Source: a virus
Strand: one strand, 5' to 3'
Length of the DNA: 64,000 nt
IMG/VR virus record: IMGVR_UViG_3300045988_117710
A program made the translations under genes and the position numbers. The notes beneath the pieces were generated by a model. It was not told the origin of the DNA. It did no database searches and saw nothing but the letters and a program-made list of their open reading frames with translations. Of this stretch, positions 36,218 through 44,753 are shown one piece after another; within the stretch, counting starts at the first letter, position 1, and the number at the start of each line of letters is the position of its first letter.

Positions 36218-37483
36218 ATGGAATTTGAAAAAGATTTAAATATAGATCCATTTGCAAGTACTGATGCTGTTAGTGATAACTTAAGTGCTTTCGATGGAGA
36301 TGAAGCTGAAGATTCTACTGTGTTAGAAGGTTTCAACATTCCTGAAGAGAAAGAATTCCCACATATCAAATTAAATTCTAGAGATTTCTTAAATGCTTTA
36401 GGTACTTGTGGAACTGTTCTTGAGAAGATGAGCACAGATAGTATTTTCAAGACAGTAATGATTCAAGTTGACGGTAAGAATTGTAATTTCAAGGTTATTG
36501 GTCCTGTTTCTAAATTACATTATCATTGTGGTATTATGAATACTAATGATGATTTAATTCTAACTGATACTTTATTCATTAATCACGATTTACTTACTAA
36601 GGTTTGTAAGGTTCTTGGTTCTAGTATTTATATCATTAAGAAAGATGATGGTATTTACTTAAGACTTGTTGGTGGAGACTTAAAGGTTGAAACTGAAGAA
36701 CATAATGTAGAAAGATTTGAATTACCAGAAGGGGCATTAACTGAAATTCTTAATGTTGAAACTGGTAGATTTGGTGCAATGCTATCTAACTTTGAAAGTT
36801 TAGTTAATGCTGCAATCAAGTCATCTGATAAGAGAATATTCTTACACAACAATGGTGTGTATTTTAATGATTTATCTACTTGGACAAAAGCAGAGTTCGA
36901 GGGTATCAACAATGATTTGATATTAAGAGGTGTTGATATTAAGGTATTAAAGAAACTTATTGATACTAGTACAAGTCAAACTGTTGTATTTAATAAGGTA
37001 GATAATAAGTTCAATTATGTTCTTGTTAATACTACTAATTGTACATTTGCTTTTATAGCTGATTCTAATATCTTTGATACTAACTTCCTAGATGGTGCAA
37101 ATCTTGAGTCTTGTGCTGCTAATGGTGTAGATGTTGAAGCGAAGTTACTTAAGAATTATGCTACTTTAAGTACAGTGTTACCTAATGCATCTGAATATTT
37201 AACTTTATTAGTTTCTGATGAGAAATTCTTCAGTGTTGTAGAACAAAAGACTACTGGATTAAGTAAGTTTGCATTAGATATTACTTCTAACAATAAATCA
37301 TTAGATATGAAAACTCCTGCTAGAGTTAATTCTCGTAAATTAGATTTATTATTAGCTGCTCTTAATTGTACAGGATCTGTTAGAGTTTATATGAGTGAAG
37401 ATAATAACTTTGTTTATGTATGTAAAGTTCCTACAGATACTAAAGTCAAGAATGCTGTTTATAGTTTAATTATGAAAGCGTAG
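36218..37483 (+). CDS. DNA polymerase sliding clamp (beta-clamp/DnaN-like) candidate, about 421 aa
   Basis: GAAGGAGG RBS; acidic N-terminal tail then clamp-like blocks (KRIFLHNNGVYFND resembles DVRYYLNGMLFE; C-terminal VRVYMSEDNNFVYV resembles VRMMLTDSVSSVQI); recall-based, tentative. Confidence 0.45.
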   Translation: MEFEKDLNIDPFASTDAVSDNLSAFDGDEAEDSTVLEGFNIPEEKEFPHIKLNSRDFLNALGTCGTVLEKMSTDSIFKTVMIQVDGKNCNFKVIGPVSKLHYHCGIMNTNDDLILTDTLFINHDLLTKVCKVLGSSIYIIKKDDGIYLRLVGGDLKVETEEHNVERFELPEGALTEILNVETGRFGAMLSNFESLVNAAIKSSDKRIFLHNNGVYFNDLSTWTKAEFEGINNDLILRGVDIKVLKKLIDTSTSQTVVFNKVDNKFNYVLVNTTNCTFAFIADSNIFDTNFLDGANLESCAANGVDVEAKLLKNYATLSTVLPNASEYLTLLVSDEKFFSVVEQKTTGLSKFALDITSNNKSLDMKTPARVNSRKLDLLLAALNCTGSVRVYMSEDNNFVYVCKVPTDTKVKNAVYSLIMKA

Positions 37484-37491
37484 TGATATTT

Positions 37492-38028
37492 ATGGACATT
37501 GGTTATTATATTTTCAATATAGTTAAAAATAGTCCTTTATTACTTATTGGTGGTTACGTATCAGAGTTTAAGAAGATCTGTATGCAATATGACAATCAGT
37601 TTACTGTTTTCTATTTTCGTGAGAAAGCAGATATGGATGAGTTTATAGATTCTAACTCTGGTCGTAAATTCCCTAATGTTTTAGTTATTGAGTTAGGTAA
37701 GAATCTTATTTCTCATGTTGATGGGCTTCTTAAGTTCGTTGAGGATTATCCTGGTCCTTTAATTGTAACTAGTTCACAAGATATTAATAATTTGGTATTC
37801 TTATCTAGATTCAAACTAGAGTTTAGAAAGTCTAAAGAGGATATCAAGTTCTTATTACCAAGTCATAAGAATACTTTGAATGATGGTATTAGTGAGGAAA
37901 CTAAACTTTCTGATCCTATAATCTGGTATGCTTATTCCAAAGGTATGAAGACTTTTATCCCAATGTGTAATACATATTCAAGAGCAGAGAGTGAAGTTCT
38001 GAAGTGTATTGATATTATATATGGTTAG
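37492..38028 (+). CDS. hypothetical protein (179 aa)
   Basis: ORF coupled to neighbours; weak RBS. Confidence 0.5.
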   Translation: MDIGYYIFNIVKNSPLLLIGGYVSEFKKICMQYDNQFTVFYFREKADMDEFIDSNSGRKFPNVLVIELGKNLISHVDGLLKFVEDYPGPLIVTSSQDINNLVFLSRFKLEFRKSKEDIKFLLPSHKNTLNDGISEETKLSDPIIWYAYSKGMKTFIPMCNTYSRAESEVLKCIDIIYG

Positions 38029-38040
38029 GCAGGTGAATAT

Positions 38041-39201
38041 ATGAAGAAATTAAGAGTTTTAGAGTTTTTCAGTGGTATTGGTGCTACTCATGTTGCATTT
38101 GATATGTTGAGAGAACAATTAGATGTTGATTTTGAGTTCGTTGATGCTATTGAGATTGATCCTGTTCCTATGGCAATGTATAATTCCATGTTTGGTACTA
38201 ATCATCCTACTCAAGATGTTACTAGGTGGGATAAGTCGATTGAAGAGCTTGGTGGGGAGATAGATATTATTCAACATTCTAGTCCCTGTCAAGATTTTTC
38301 TAACCAAGGTCATGGAGCTGGTGCTGAGAAGGATTCTGGTACACGAAGTTCATTGCTTTGGGAGATGGTTCGTATTTGTGATAAGATTAGACCAAAGATT
38401 ATGATTTGGGAGAATGTTGAAGGACTTTTGAATCATAAGCATGCAGCTGTATTTGAGGGTTATAAAGAAGAGTTAAGACGTATGGGTTATTTATCATATG
38501 TAATTAAGATGAATGCTTCTGATTATGGTATTCCTCAAGCACGTCCTAGGGTGTTCACTGTTTCAGTTCGAAGAGATTTTAGTGATAAGTATTTCTATCA
38601 ACCTGATCCATTTTACAATAATATTTGTTTAAGAGATTTATTAGAGGATGAACCTAAGGATTTTAAATTCCATTGGTATGATTTAGGTGGGAAGCAGTTT
38701 CTAAAGGATAAAGAGGATAATTATTTTAAGAATGTTAAGTTAGAGAGTCAACTTTATTATAAGGGTATTAATCCAGAGTATAATATTTATCCTGGTATTT
38801 ATGTTCTAGCAGAGGTTGACCAAGCATTCAAGTCTACTTCTAGAATATTTAGTCCAGATGGTATTTCACCAACTCTTGATACTAAGTCTGAAGTTAAGGT
38901 TGGTCTTAAGGAAGATTTATATGAGGATAGAGCAATTCGATATATAACTCCTTTAGAAGCATGGAGAATTGATGGATTCCCTGATGAGTATTATTTTAAG
39001 GCAACACAAGCTTGTCATGCTGCTACGAAGTTGAAGAAAGCGGCAGGTAATTCTATTTCCACTGCTCAGATGTATCATTTATTGAAGGAGATTATAATTC
39101 ATTTGTTTGGTGAGGATTATTATAATAGAGATAGATTAGAAGATTCTATTTATTATCTTCCTTACTTTGAAGGTAAAGGTATTTACAAGGACAACGAATA
39201 G
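38041..39201 (+). CDS. DNA (cytosine-5)-methyltransferase (386 aa)
   Basis: AGGTGA RBS; motif I EFFSGIGA, motif IV HSSPCQDFS (PCQ), motif VI WENVEGL. Confidence 0.8.
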   Translation: MKKLRVLEFFSGIGATHVAFDMLREQLDVDFEFVDAIEIDPVPMAMYNSMFGTNHPTQDVTRWDKSIEELGGEIDIIQHSSPCQDFSNQGHGAGAEKDSGTRSSLLWEMVRICDKIRPKIMIWENVEGLLNHKHAAVFEGYKEELRRMGYLSYVIKMNASDYGIPQARPRVFTVSVRRDFSDKYFYQPDPFYNNICLRDLLEDEPKDFKFHWYDLGGKQFLKDKEDNYFKNVKLESQLYYKGINPEYNIYPGIYVLAEVDQAFKSTSRIFSPDGISPTLDTKSEVKVGLKEDLYEDRAIRYITPLEAWRIDGFPDEYYFKATQACHAATKLKKAAGNSISTAQMYHLLKEIIIHLFGEDYYNRDRLEDSIYYLPYFEGKGIYKDNE

Positions 39202-39214
39202 TTGTTCTTTTAAT

Positions 39215-39227
39215 TTCGTATATATTA
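39215..39227 (+). promoter_or_regulatory. TTTCGTATATATT promoter-like motif
   Basis: Family motif after a weak hairpin. Confidence 0.4.
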
Positions 39228-39251
39228 CTATAGAGTGCTAAAGGATTTCGT

Positions 39252-39428
39252 ATGAGAATTGAAAACGAAAAGATTTATGTAGATGATCATGTTATTGCAG
39301 TCATAGATAAATGTCGTGAGGTTGTTCGAGTTCTTAAGAAATGTTTCCTTAAGGATGTCATAGATTTTGCGATTTCTGATAAGATTTTGAAAGATTACAG
39401 TTGGGAGACTTACTCTCACGAAGAGTAA
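39252..39428 (+). CDS. small ORF (58 aa), not in supplied track
   Basis: + strand ATG after AAAGGA; fills otherwise empty 240-bp gap; competing minus-strand ORF 39228-39419 judged less likely. Confidence 0.35.
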   Translation: MRIENEKIYVDDHVIAVIDKCREVVRVLKKCFLKDVIDFAISDKILKDYSWETYSHEE

Positions 39429-39446
39429 CCCTATGAAAGAGTGTTT

Positions 39447-40601
39447 ATGAGTAAAGGTTTTTCTAGATTGAAAGAGTCTATTCGAATGTGCAATTTATCT
39501 TATAAGGACCTTGCTATCACTACAGGAGTTCCAAAGCAATTTATACAAGAGTATATGCGAGGAGCAATAGATTCTGGAACAAGTCCAAGTTATCGAAATG
39601 GTGATTTAGTTGAGGAGTATAAATCAATTCTTTATAACTATTTTGAGAATTTTGTTAAGTCACAAGATAAACTGAAGACTAAACAGACTAAGATGGTAAA
39701 TGAGCATGATTTGGTGGTCAAGAAGGGTGAGTATCATTCCAAATCTTCTTTGGGTGGTGTTTCTTATGCACCACAAGTTTCACCCCATACAAGGGCTGTA
39801 AATGTGCTTGTTTATGATATAGAAGTTTCGCCTTTATTGGGGTGGGCTTATAATCGTTTTAAGACAAATCTTTTAAAGGTAGAGCAAGAACAGATTCTAC
39901 TTAGTTTTTCAACTTTAGAGTTTACTGTTGATGAAGATCATTCTATTTTAGATGGAGATACATCTAAGGTAAGATGTTGGACTCTTGCAGATTTTGATTT
40001 CAATGAAGAGCTTCTAGTTAAGAAGTTGTTTGAATGTTTTGATTCTGCAGATATTATAATGGGTTTCAATAACAAAGGTTTTGATACAAAGTTTGCCAAT
40101 AGATATTTTATTAAATATAATACTGGTCGACCTTCACCATTTAAACAGATTGATGTATTTAAAGAATGGAAGAAGATTGCAAGACTTTCTTCTAATGGTT
40201 TAGATTCTGTTAATATGTATTTGGATGAGAAGGGTAAGACAGATATTAAGGTTGGCGAACTATGGCATGATTGTATTGTCAATAGAGATAAGAAAGCATA
40301 CAAGCTTTTAGAGTCTTATAACAATCAAGATGTAGTTCTTACATATGACTTATTCAAGAGTATTTTAGCATATATCGATTCTTCTGATGTTAATTTAGCA
40401 ACATTGATGCAACATCCATTGGCTTGTCCTAGATGTGGTTATGTTGGTTCATTTGAGGATCATGGTTATGCTTATTCTCAAGTTGGTCGTTATAATCAAT
40501 ATCAGTGTTGTAATTGTGGTTCTATTGTTCAAGGTAGATATCAAGATTCAACTGTTTTACAGAATGATATTTATGTAGATGTACGACCAATACTTAAATA
40601 A
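39447..40601 (+). CDS. DEDDy-type 3'-5' exonuclease domain protein with N-terminal HTH-like segment and C-terminal zinc ribbon (384 aa)
   Basis: Exo I VLVYDIEVSP, Exo II IIMGFNNKGFDTKF, Exo III YNNQD (Yx3D); CPRCGY...CCNCGS. Confidence 0.6.
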   Translation: MSKGFSRLKESIRMCNLSYKDLAITTGVPKQFIQEYMRGAIDSGTSPSYRNGDLVEEYKSILYNYFENFVKSQDKLKTKQTKMVNEHDLVVKKGEYHSKSSLGGVSYAPQVSPHTRAVNVLVYDIEVSPLLGWAYNRFKTNLLKVEQEQILLSFSTLEFTVDEDHSILDGDTSKVRCWTLADFDFNEELLVKKLFECFDSADIIMGFNNKGFDTKFANRYFIKYNTGRPSPFKQIDVFKEWKKIARLSSNGLDSVNMYLDEKGKTDIKVGELWHDCIVNRDKKAYKLLESYNNQDVVLTYDLFKSILAYIDSSDVNLATLMQHPLACPRCGYVGSFEDHGYAYSQVGRYNQYQCCNCGSIVQGRYQDSTVLQNDIYVDVRPILK

Positions 40602-40638
40602 GTTATATATTAAGATATAATAGTTTATGGAGGTTTGA

Positions 40639-40827
40639 ATGGAAGAAAAGTTAAAAACTATCCCAACTAATGAGGATCTTCAAGTTTTAAATCCTGATGG
40701 TATCGAAATTGATATGACATTAGTTGAACAATTCATTAATGAGGAAGGAGATGAATTTGTTCAAAGTACTTTAAATGAAGATTCTTTAGAAGTTCTATGT
40801 GAAGAAGGAGAAATTGAAAATGCCTAA
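40639..40827 (+). CDS. hypothetical acidic protein (62 aa)
   Basis: TATGGAGG RBS. Confidence 0.5.
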   Translation: MEEKLKTIPTNEDLQVLNPDGIEIDMTLVEQFINEEGDEFVQSTLNEDSLEVLCEEGEIENA

Positions 40828-41809
40828 TTTCAAAGCAAGAACAAGTTGTCCTTCCAATAATAAGCATTTCATTCGTCAAGCAACTGGTGGATGGAATTCA
40901 TGTATCCAAGGAAATCCAACTAAGTCAGATGCTAATGTTCTAGCTAACTGTGTTGGGTATGCAAATGGTAGATTTAATGAAATCTATGCAGGAATTAAGA
41001 ATACAACAGGTAATAGATACAATACTCTTAATTGTAATGCTGAGAATTTCATTGAAAGAGCAATCTCTGCTGGATTGCAAATAGTTTCATATCCTGTACC
41101 TGGTGGTATCATGGTATGGCAAAAGGGTAATACTCTATCTGGTAGTGATGGTGCTGGTCACGTTGCTATCTGTGAATATTATGTTGAAGTAGATTCTAAA
41201 GGATATCCTACTAAGGTATATACTTCTGAATCTGGATATGGTTCTAGTTATTTCTGGAATTCATATCGTTCTAATTCTAATGGAAGATGGGGATTAGGTT
41301 CTGGTTATAAATGGAGAGGTTGTATTGTTAACCCTGCAGTTGGTTTACCAGAATTGAAACCAGATACACCAACTCCTACACCAAGTGGTAATTTTAAATT
41401 CAATATTGGTGATAAAGTAGTTATTAATGGTCCATTATATGTTAGTTCTGTAGCTGGAAGTCCTTCTGGTTCAGTATCTAATAAAGTTACTACTATAACT
41501 AGAAGAGTAAATGCTGCTCATCCATATAATACTACTGGAGATTTAGGTTGGATGGATGAATCTTCTATTAAGAAGTATGAAGAACCAAAACCAACTCCTG
41601 TTACTTATAATGTAGGTGATACTGTAACTGTTACTGGTGTTGGTAAGTCTACATCTTATGGAGAAGGTGCAAGTACTAAGAAGTTCACTAATTGTAAAGC
41701 AAAGATTATTTATATTAGAGAAGGTCGTGCTTATCCTTATGCATTAAATTGTAATAACAATATGAATGGTGTAACTGGATGGTTTAAAGCTTCTGATATA
41801 AGAAAGTAG
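40820..41809 (+). CDS. endolysin: N-terminal CHAP peptidase/amidase + two C-terminal SH3-like cell-wall-binding repeats (329 aa)
   Basis: GAAGGAG RBS; CHAP Cys (LANCVGYANG) and His (GAGHVAICEY); duplicated GDxVxIxG... C-terminal modules. Confidence 0.7.
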   Translation: MPNFKARTSCPSNNKHFIRQATGGWNSCIQGNPTKSDANVLANCVGYANGRFNEIYAGIKNTTGNRYNTLNCNAENFIERAISAGLQIVSYPVPGGIMVWQKGNTLSGSDGAGHVAICEYYVEVDSKGYPTKVYTSESGYGSSYFWNSYRSNSNGRWGLGSGYKWRGCIVNPAVGLPELKPDTPTPTPSGNFKFNIGDKVVINGPLYVSSVAGSPSGSVSNKVTTITRRVNAAHPYNTTGDLGWMDESSIKKYEEPKPTPVTYNVGDTVTVTGVGKSTSYGEGASTKKFTNCKAKIIYIREGRAYPYALNCNNNMNGVTGWFKASDIRK

Positions 41810-41816
41810 TCAATTG

Positions 41817-41860
41817 TTTCGTATATTAAAATAGTGATAAGTAATTATCACTATTTTTAA
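41817..41860 (+). promoter_or_regulatory. TTTCGTATATTAAAAT motif fused to hairpin atagtgataa-gtaa-ttatcactat + TTTTT (twin of 29130-29168)
   Basis: Promoter-like motif immediately followed by terminator-like hairpin. Confidence 0.4.
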
Positions 41861-41872
41861 CAAGGAGATTCT

Positions 41873-42010
41873 ATGGAAGAAACTGTTATCGATTCAGTTA
41901 TCAGTCTTTCAGAGGAAGAGTTTGCAGTTTGTTTGGGGAACGCAGATTCTTATACTGAAGAGGTAACTGAGACAGAAGTTATAGAAGGAACTGAAGAAAA
42001 CAATGATTAA
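41873..42010 (+). CDS. small acidic ORF (45 aa), not in supplied track
   Basis: Strong AACAAGGAG RBS 6 nt before ATG. Confidence 0.4.
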   Translation: MEETVIDSVISLSEEEFAVCLGNADSYTEEVTETEVIEGTEENND

Positions 42011-42024
42011 TAAAGAGGGTGGAG

Positions 42025-42052
42025 GTCAGATCGTTTTCTGATTTTCTATCCT
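42025..42052 (+). terminator. putative terminator
   Basis: tcaga-tcgttt-tctga + TTTTCTAT. Confidence 0.4.
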
Positions 42053-42085
42053 CTTATTTTATTATAAGTTGATTTTCAGTATTTC

Positions 42086-42097
42086 CTATCGTATAAC
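42086..42097 (+). promoter_or_regulatory. CTATCGTATAAC promoter-like motif
   Basis: Family motif. Confidence 0.4.
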
Positions 42098-42148
42098 AAG
42101 TTTAGTAAGGAGGATATTGTTGGTTTAATAAATCAACAGTGAATTGTT

Positions 42149-42733
42149 ATGAAAGATATAAGGAATTTTTCAGAGATGTTCGAGGAGAAAATTTATATGT
42201 TACAAGAGAACTCACAGAAGAGGAGGGCCATTAAGCTTGAGAAGAAGATAGCGAAGTGGAAACCTGAAGTGGTTGCCAATATTCGTGAGGAGCTTGAGAA
42301 CAAGATTCGCAAAGAATATATTGATGAAATTGAGAAGTTATCTGATGACTTGTATGAAGCAAGACGTGATAGTAGAACTAATGCTAATAATTCTATTCAT
42401 TATAAGGCAAAGTTCGAAGAGTATAAAGAGAGATATTTAGAGGTTCTAGATAGGTTAGAGAAGAAATCTGAAAACTTAGGTGAGGTTAAGACTGAGCTTA
42501 AGGAAGTTAAGAGTGATCTTGATGAAGCTCTAGGTGTTGAAGAAGTTAATTTAGAAGAGAGTAAGGAATTCCAAAAGGAACTTAAAGCATTAACTACTAG
42601 ATGTAATAAGCCAGATGCGAAGAAGTCTGATTTAATATCTACATTTAGTGTTAAGTGGTCTGTTTCTTTAAAGGAAGTTGTTGCTGATGATGGTAGTATA
42701 TCATTTACATGGAAATCTATTAAAGTAGATTAA
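42149..42733 (+). CDS. coiled-coil protein (194 aa; alternative start ATG 42197 has better GAGGAG RBS)
   Basis: Charged heptad-rich sequence. Confidence 0.5.
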   Translation: MKDIRNFSEMFEEKIYMLQENSQKRRAIKLEKKIAKWKPEVVANIREELENKIRKEYIDEIEKLSDDLYEARRDSRTNANNSIHYKAKFEEYKERYLEVLDRLEKKSENLGEVKTELKEVKSDLDEALGVEEVNLEESKEFQKELKALTTRCNKPDAKKSDLISTFSVKWSVSLKEVVADDGSISFTWKSIKVD

Positions 42734-42859
42734 ACTGTCAAGTGTGTAAAATATTTTGTTCAAGTAGTTGCATTTTATTTTCGTTTATTGTATACTAGTA
42801 TTGTAAGGTAGAGAGGGGTATAACCTTATGATATTAAATACAAAGGAGATGGTTAGTGT

Positions 42860-43543
42860 ATGAAGAAGATTTCTAGAGTAGGTGGTACTCGTAGGAAGAG
42901 AAAGTTGAGATTAAGACCTTGGGTTAAGAAGTGTCTTAAAGGGTTGTTGGTTATTGTTTTAGGAGTTTTCCTTATTGGAGCTTTTACAAACAATGATTCT
43001 AGTGATAAGAACTTGGATGGTGTTATTGCAGATGTAGCAGTTGTTCAAGCTTATGAAAATGTTGGGGAACCGAATATTGTTCCTGTAGTTGAAGAGGTTG
43101 AGGAACCTGTTAAGGAAGAAAGAGTTAATTATATGTGTTCTGATTCTTCAGTTAAGACTTATATGGATTATAGAGCAATTACTGATAAGAGTTCTAATCA
43201 ATATAAGTATATTCAAGCTCATATGACTGTTGGTGCTGATGGTTTCTTATATGATGAGGATGGTTCTATTGGTGTAGCATTAGGTTCACATTTTGGTCCT
43301 ATTGGTTCTAAATGGGAGATTGTGTTAGATACTGGTATTACATTTAAAGCTGTTAAAATCGATGAGAAAGCTGATAGACATGTGTATAATGGTTGTCAAC
43401 ATAAGCAAGATGGTTCAGTTATTGAATTTGTTATAGATTCTCGTAAGTTTGAGAAAGCTTCTAATGGTTATGTATGGCAAGGTAATTTTAATAACAATCC
43501 TGATTTCAAAGGTAAGATATCTGCAATGTATAAAGTTGATTAA
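42860..43543 (+). CDS. membrane-anchored 3D-domain (MltA/YuiC-like) putative peptidoglycan lytic enzyme (227 aa)
   Basis: AAAGGAGATGG RBS; N-terminal TM LLVIVLGVFLIGAF; VALGSHFGPIGSKWEIVLDTGITFKAVKIDEKAD resembles 3D-domain core with conserved Asp residues. Confidence 0.5.
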   Translation: MKKISRVGGTRRKRKLRLRPWVKKCLKGLLVIVLGVFLIGAFTNNDSSDKNLDGVIADVAVVQAYENVGEPNIVPVVEEVEEPVKEERVNYMCSDSSVKTYMDYRAITDKSSNQYKYIQAHMTVGADGFLYDEDGSIGVALGSHFGPIGSKWEIVLDTGITFKAVKIDEKADRHVYNGCQHKQDGSVIEFVIDSRKFEKASNGYVWQGNFNNNPDFKGKISAMYKVD

Positions 43544-43546
43544 TAA

Positions 43547-43583
43547 TGTAAAAGATGATATGAATTTCGTATCATCTTTTTTC
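43547..43583 (+). terminator. rho-independent terminator
   Basis: agatgata...tatcatct hairpin + TTTTTT. Confidence 0.6.
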
Positions 43584-43590
43584 GTATAAC
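43579..43590 (+). promoter_or_regulatory. TTTTCGTATAAC promoter-like motif
   Basis: Family motif right after terminator T-run. Confidence 0.45.
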
Positions 43591-43616
43591 AATAATATAG
43601 ATTAAGGAGTTTAATT

Positions 43617-44507
43617 ATGATGAATGAGCAAATTGCTGACATTATGGATGATGCTCAAGCAAATCCTGAAAAATACACAGAAGTTGTTGGTGATGTTAAT
43701 GCTGCACCAATTACTAAAGAAGAACTTCTAGCAAGAGTTAAGCAACAAAGTGAGAAGAAGATTCCAGATGGAGTTGCAACTCAAGAAGTTCAAGTACCTA
43801 GTCAAGGTTATTTTGGTGGTCCTGCTTCAGTGAAGATTAGAAGAATGACTACTAAGGAAGAGAAGATTATGTTTACTGCAACTGATGCTTCTTATTTAGC
43901 AGATATTGTTAAGAGTTGTATTGTATCGCATGATATTGATTTTCATACTTTACATGAAAATGATTTATTATATTTATTATTCGCAATAAGAAACTTTACT
44001 TTTGGTAATACTTATACTCAAGTTCATACTTGTCCTTATTGTGGATTTAAGAATAATCTTACAATAGATATTACAGCTTTACCTGTTAATTATTTAGATC
44101 ATAATAATGTTGATACTTTAAGAAAGGTTTTATTACCTGATTCTAAAGATGTTCTTGAGTTAAATATTTTAACTGAAGGTGATGTTAGAGATTTAAATGT
44201 TGATATTGATAGAGCTATTCTATCTGGTAAGATTACAGATACTGCTGAGTTTACTTTTGATACTAGACTTAGTAGAACTATTGGGGATTTGAATGGTATT
44301 CCTTTTGAGTCACCTGATAAGAAGAAAGCTTATTTAGATAATTTATCTTTAAGAGATTATAATAAGTTATCTAATGCGGCAGATAAGATTAGAAATTCAT
44401 TTGGTATGATTCGTAATACTGAATTTATTTGTAAGAGTTGTAAGAGAACTATGGAGGTAGAAGCTCTAATCGCTCCTGAATTTTTTCGTCCTAGTGATGA
44501 AGCATAG
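43617..44507 (+). CDS. hypothetical protein with CxxC pairs (296 aa)
   Basis: TAAGGAG RBS; CPYCGF...CKSCK. Confidence 0.6.
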   Translation: MMNEQIADIMDDAQANPEKYTEVVGDVNAAPITKEELLARVKQQSEKKIPDGVATQEVQVPSQGYFGGPASVKIRRMTTKEEKIMFTATDASYLADIVKSCIVSHDIDFHTLHENDLLYLLFAIRNFTFGNTYTQVHTCPYCGFKNNLTIDITALPVNYLDHNNVDTLRKVLLPDSKDVLELNILTEGDVRDLNVDIDRAILSGKITDTAEFTFDTRLSRTIGDLNGIPFESPDKKKAYLDNLSLRDYNKLSNAADKIRNSFGMIRNTEFICKSCKRTMEVEALIAPEFFRPSDEA

Positions 44508-44703
44508 GAGAGAAGAGATTCCTGCAGATATAGAAGAGTCTTATATTAATTCTTCTTTCTCAAGGTATAAGACTATTATTCAAGAACAATATGCTTTAGC
44601 GAAGAATAATATAGATTTCTCTTATTCTGATACTGTTTCTTATAAGGAACGACAATTTTTATTAGAGGTGTTACAAGAGTTCTTGGAATCTACTAGTAAT
44701 TAG
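44494..44703 (+). CDS. small ORF (69 aa), possibly spurious or +1-frame partner of preceding gene
   Basis: Overlaps 3' end of 43617 gene by 14 nt in +1 frame; no clear RBS. Confidence 0.3.
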   Translation: MMKHRREEIPADIEESYINSSFSRYKTIIQEQYALAKNNIDFSYSDTVSYKERQFLLEVLQEFLESTSN

Positions 44704-44753
44704 TATATATTATAGTAGTATTTTATGATGAATAGTTTATAGGAGTGTTAAAG

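Noticed and set aside
39228-39419. Minus-strand 63-aa ORF in the 39202-39446 gap
   Set aside because: A + strand 58-aa ORF (39252-39428) with an upstream AAAGGA and consistent orientation occupies the same space. The minus ORF has no RBS. Both remain low-confidence.
40820-41809. CHAP protein as a virion tail lysin rather than endolysin
   Set aside because: It sits outside the tail cassette, is small (329 aa) and has a typical enzymatic domain plus cell-wall-binding repeats, the endolysin architecture. The tail already carries M23 and lysozyme-like domains. This cannot be settled from sequence alone.
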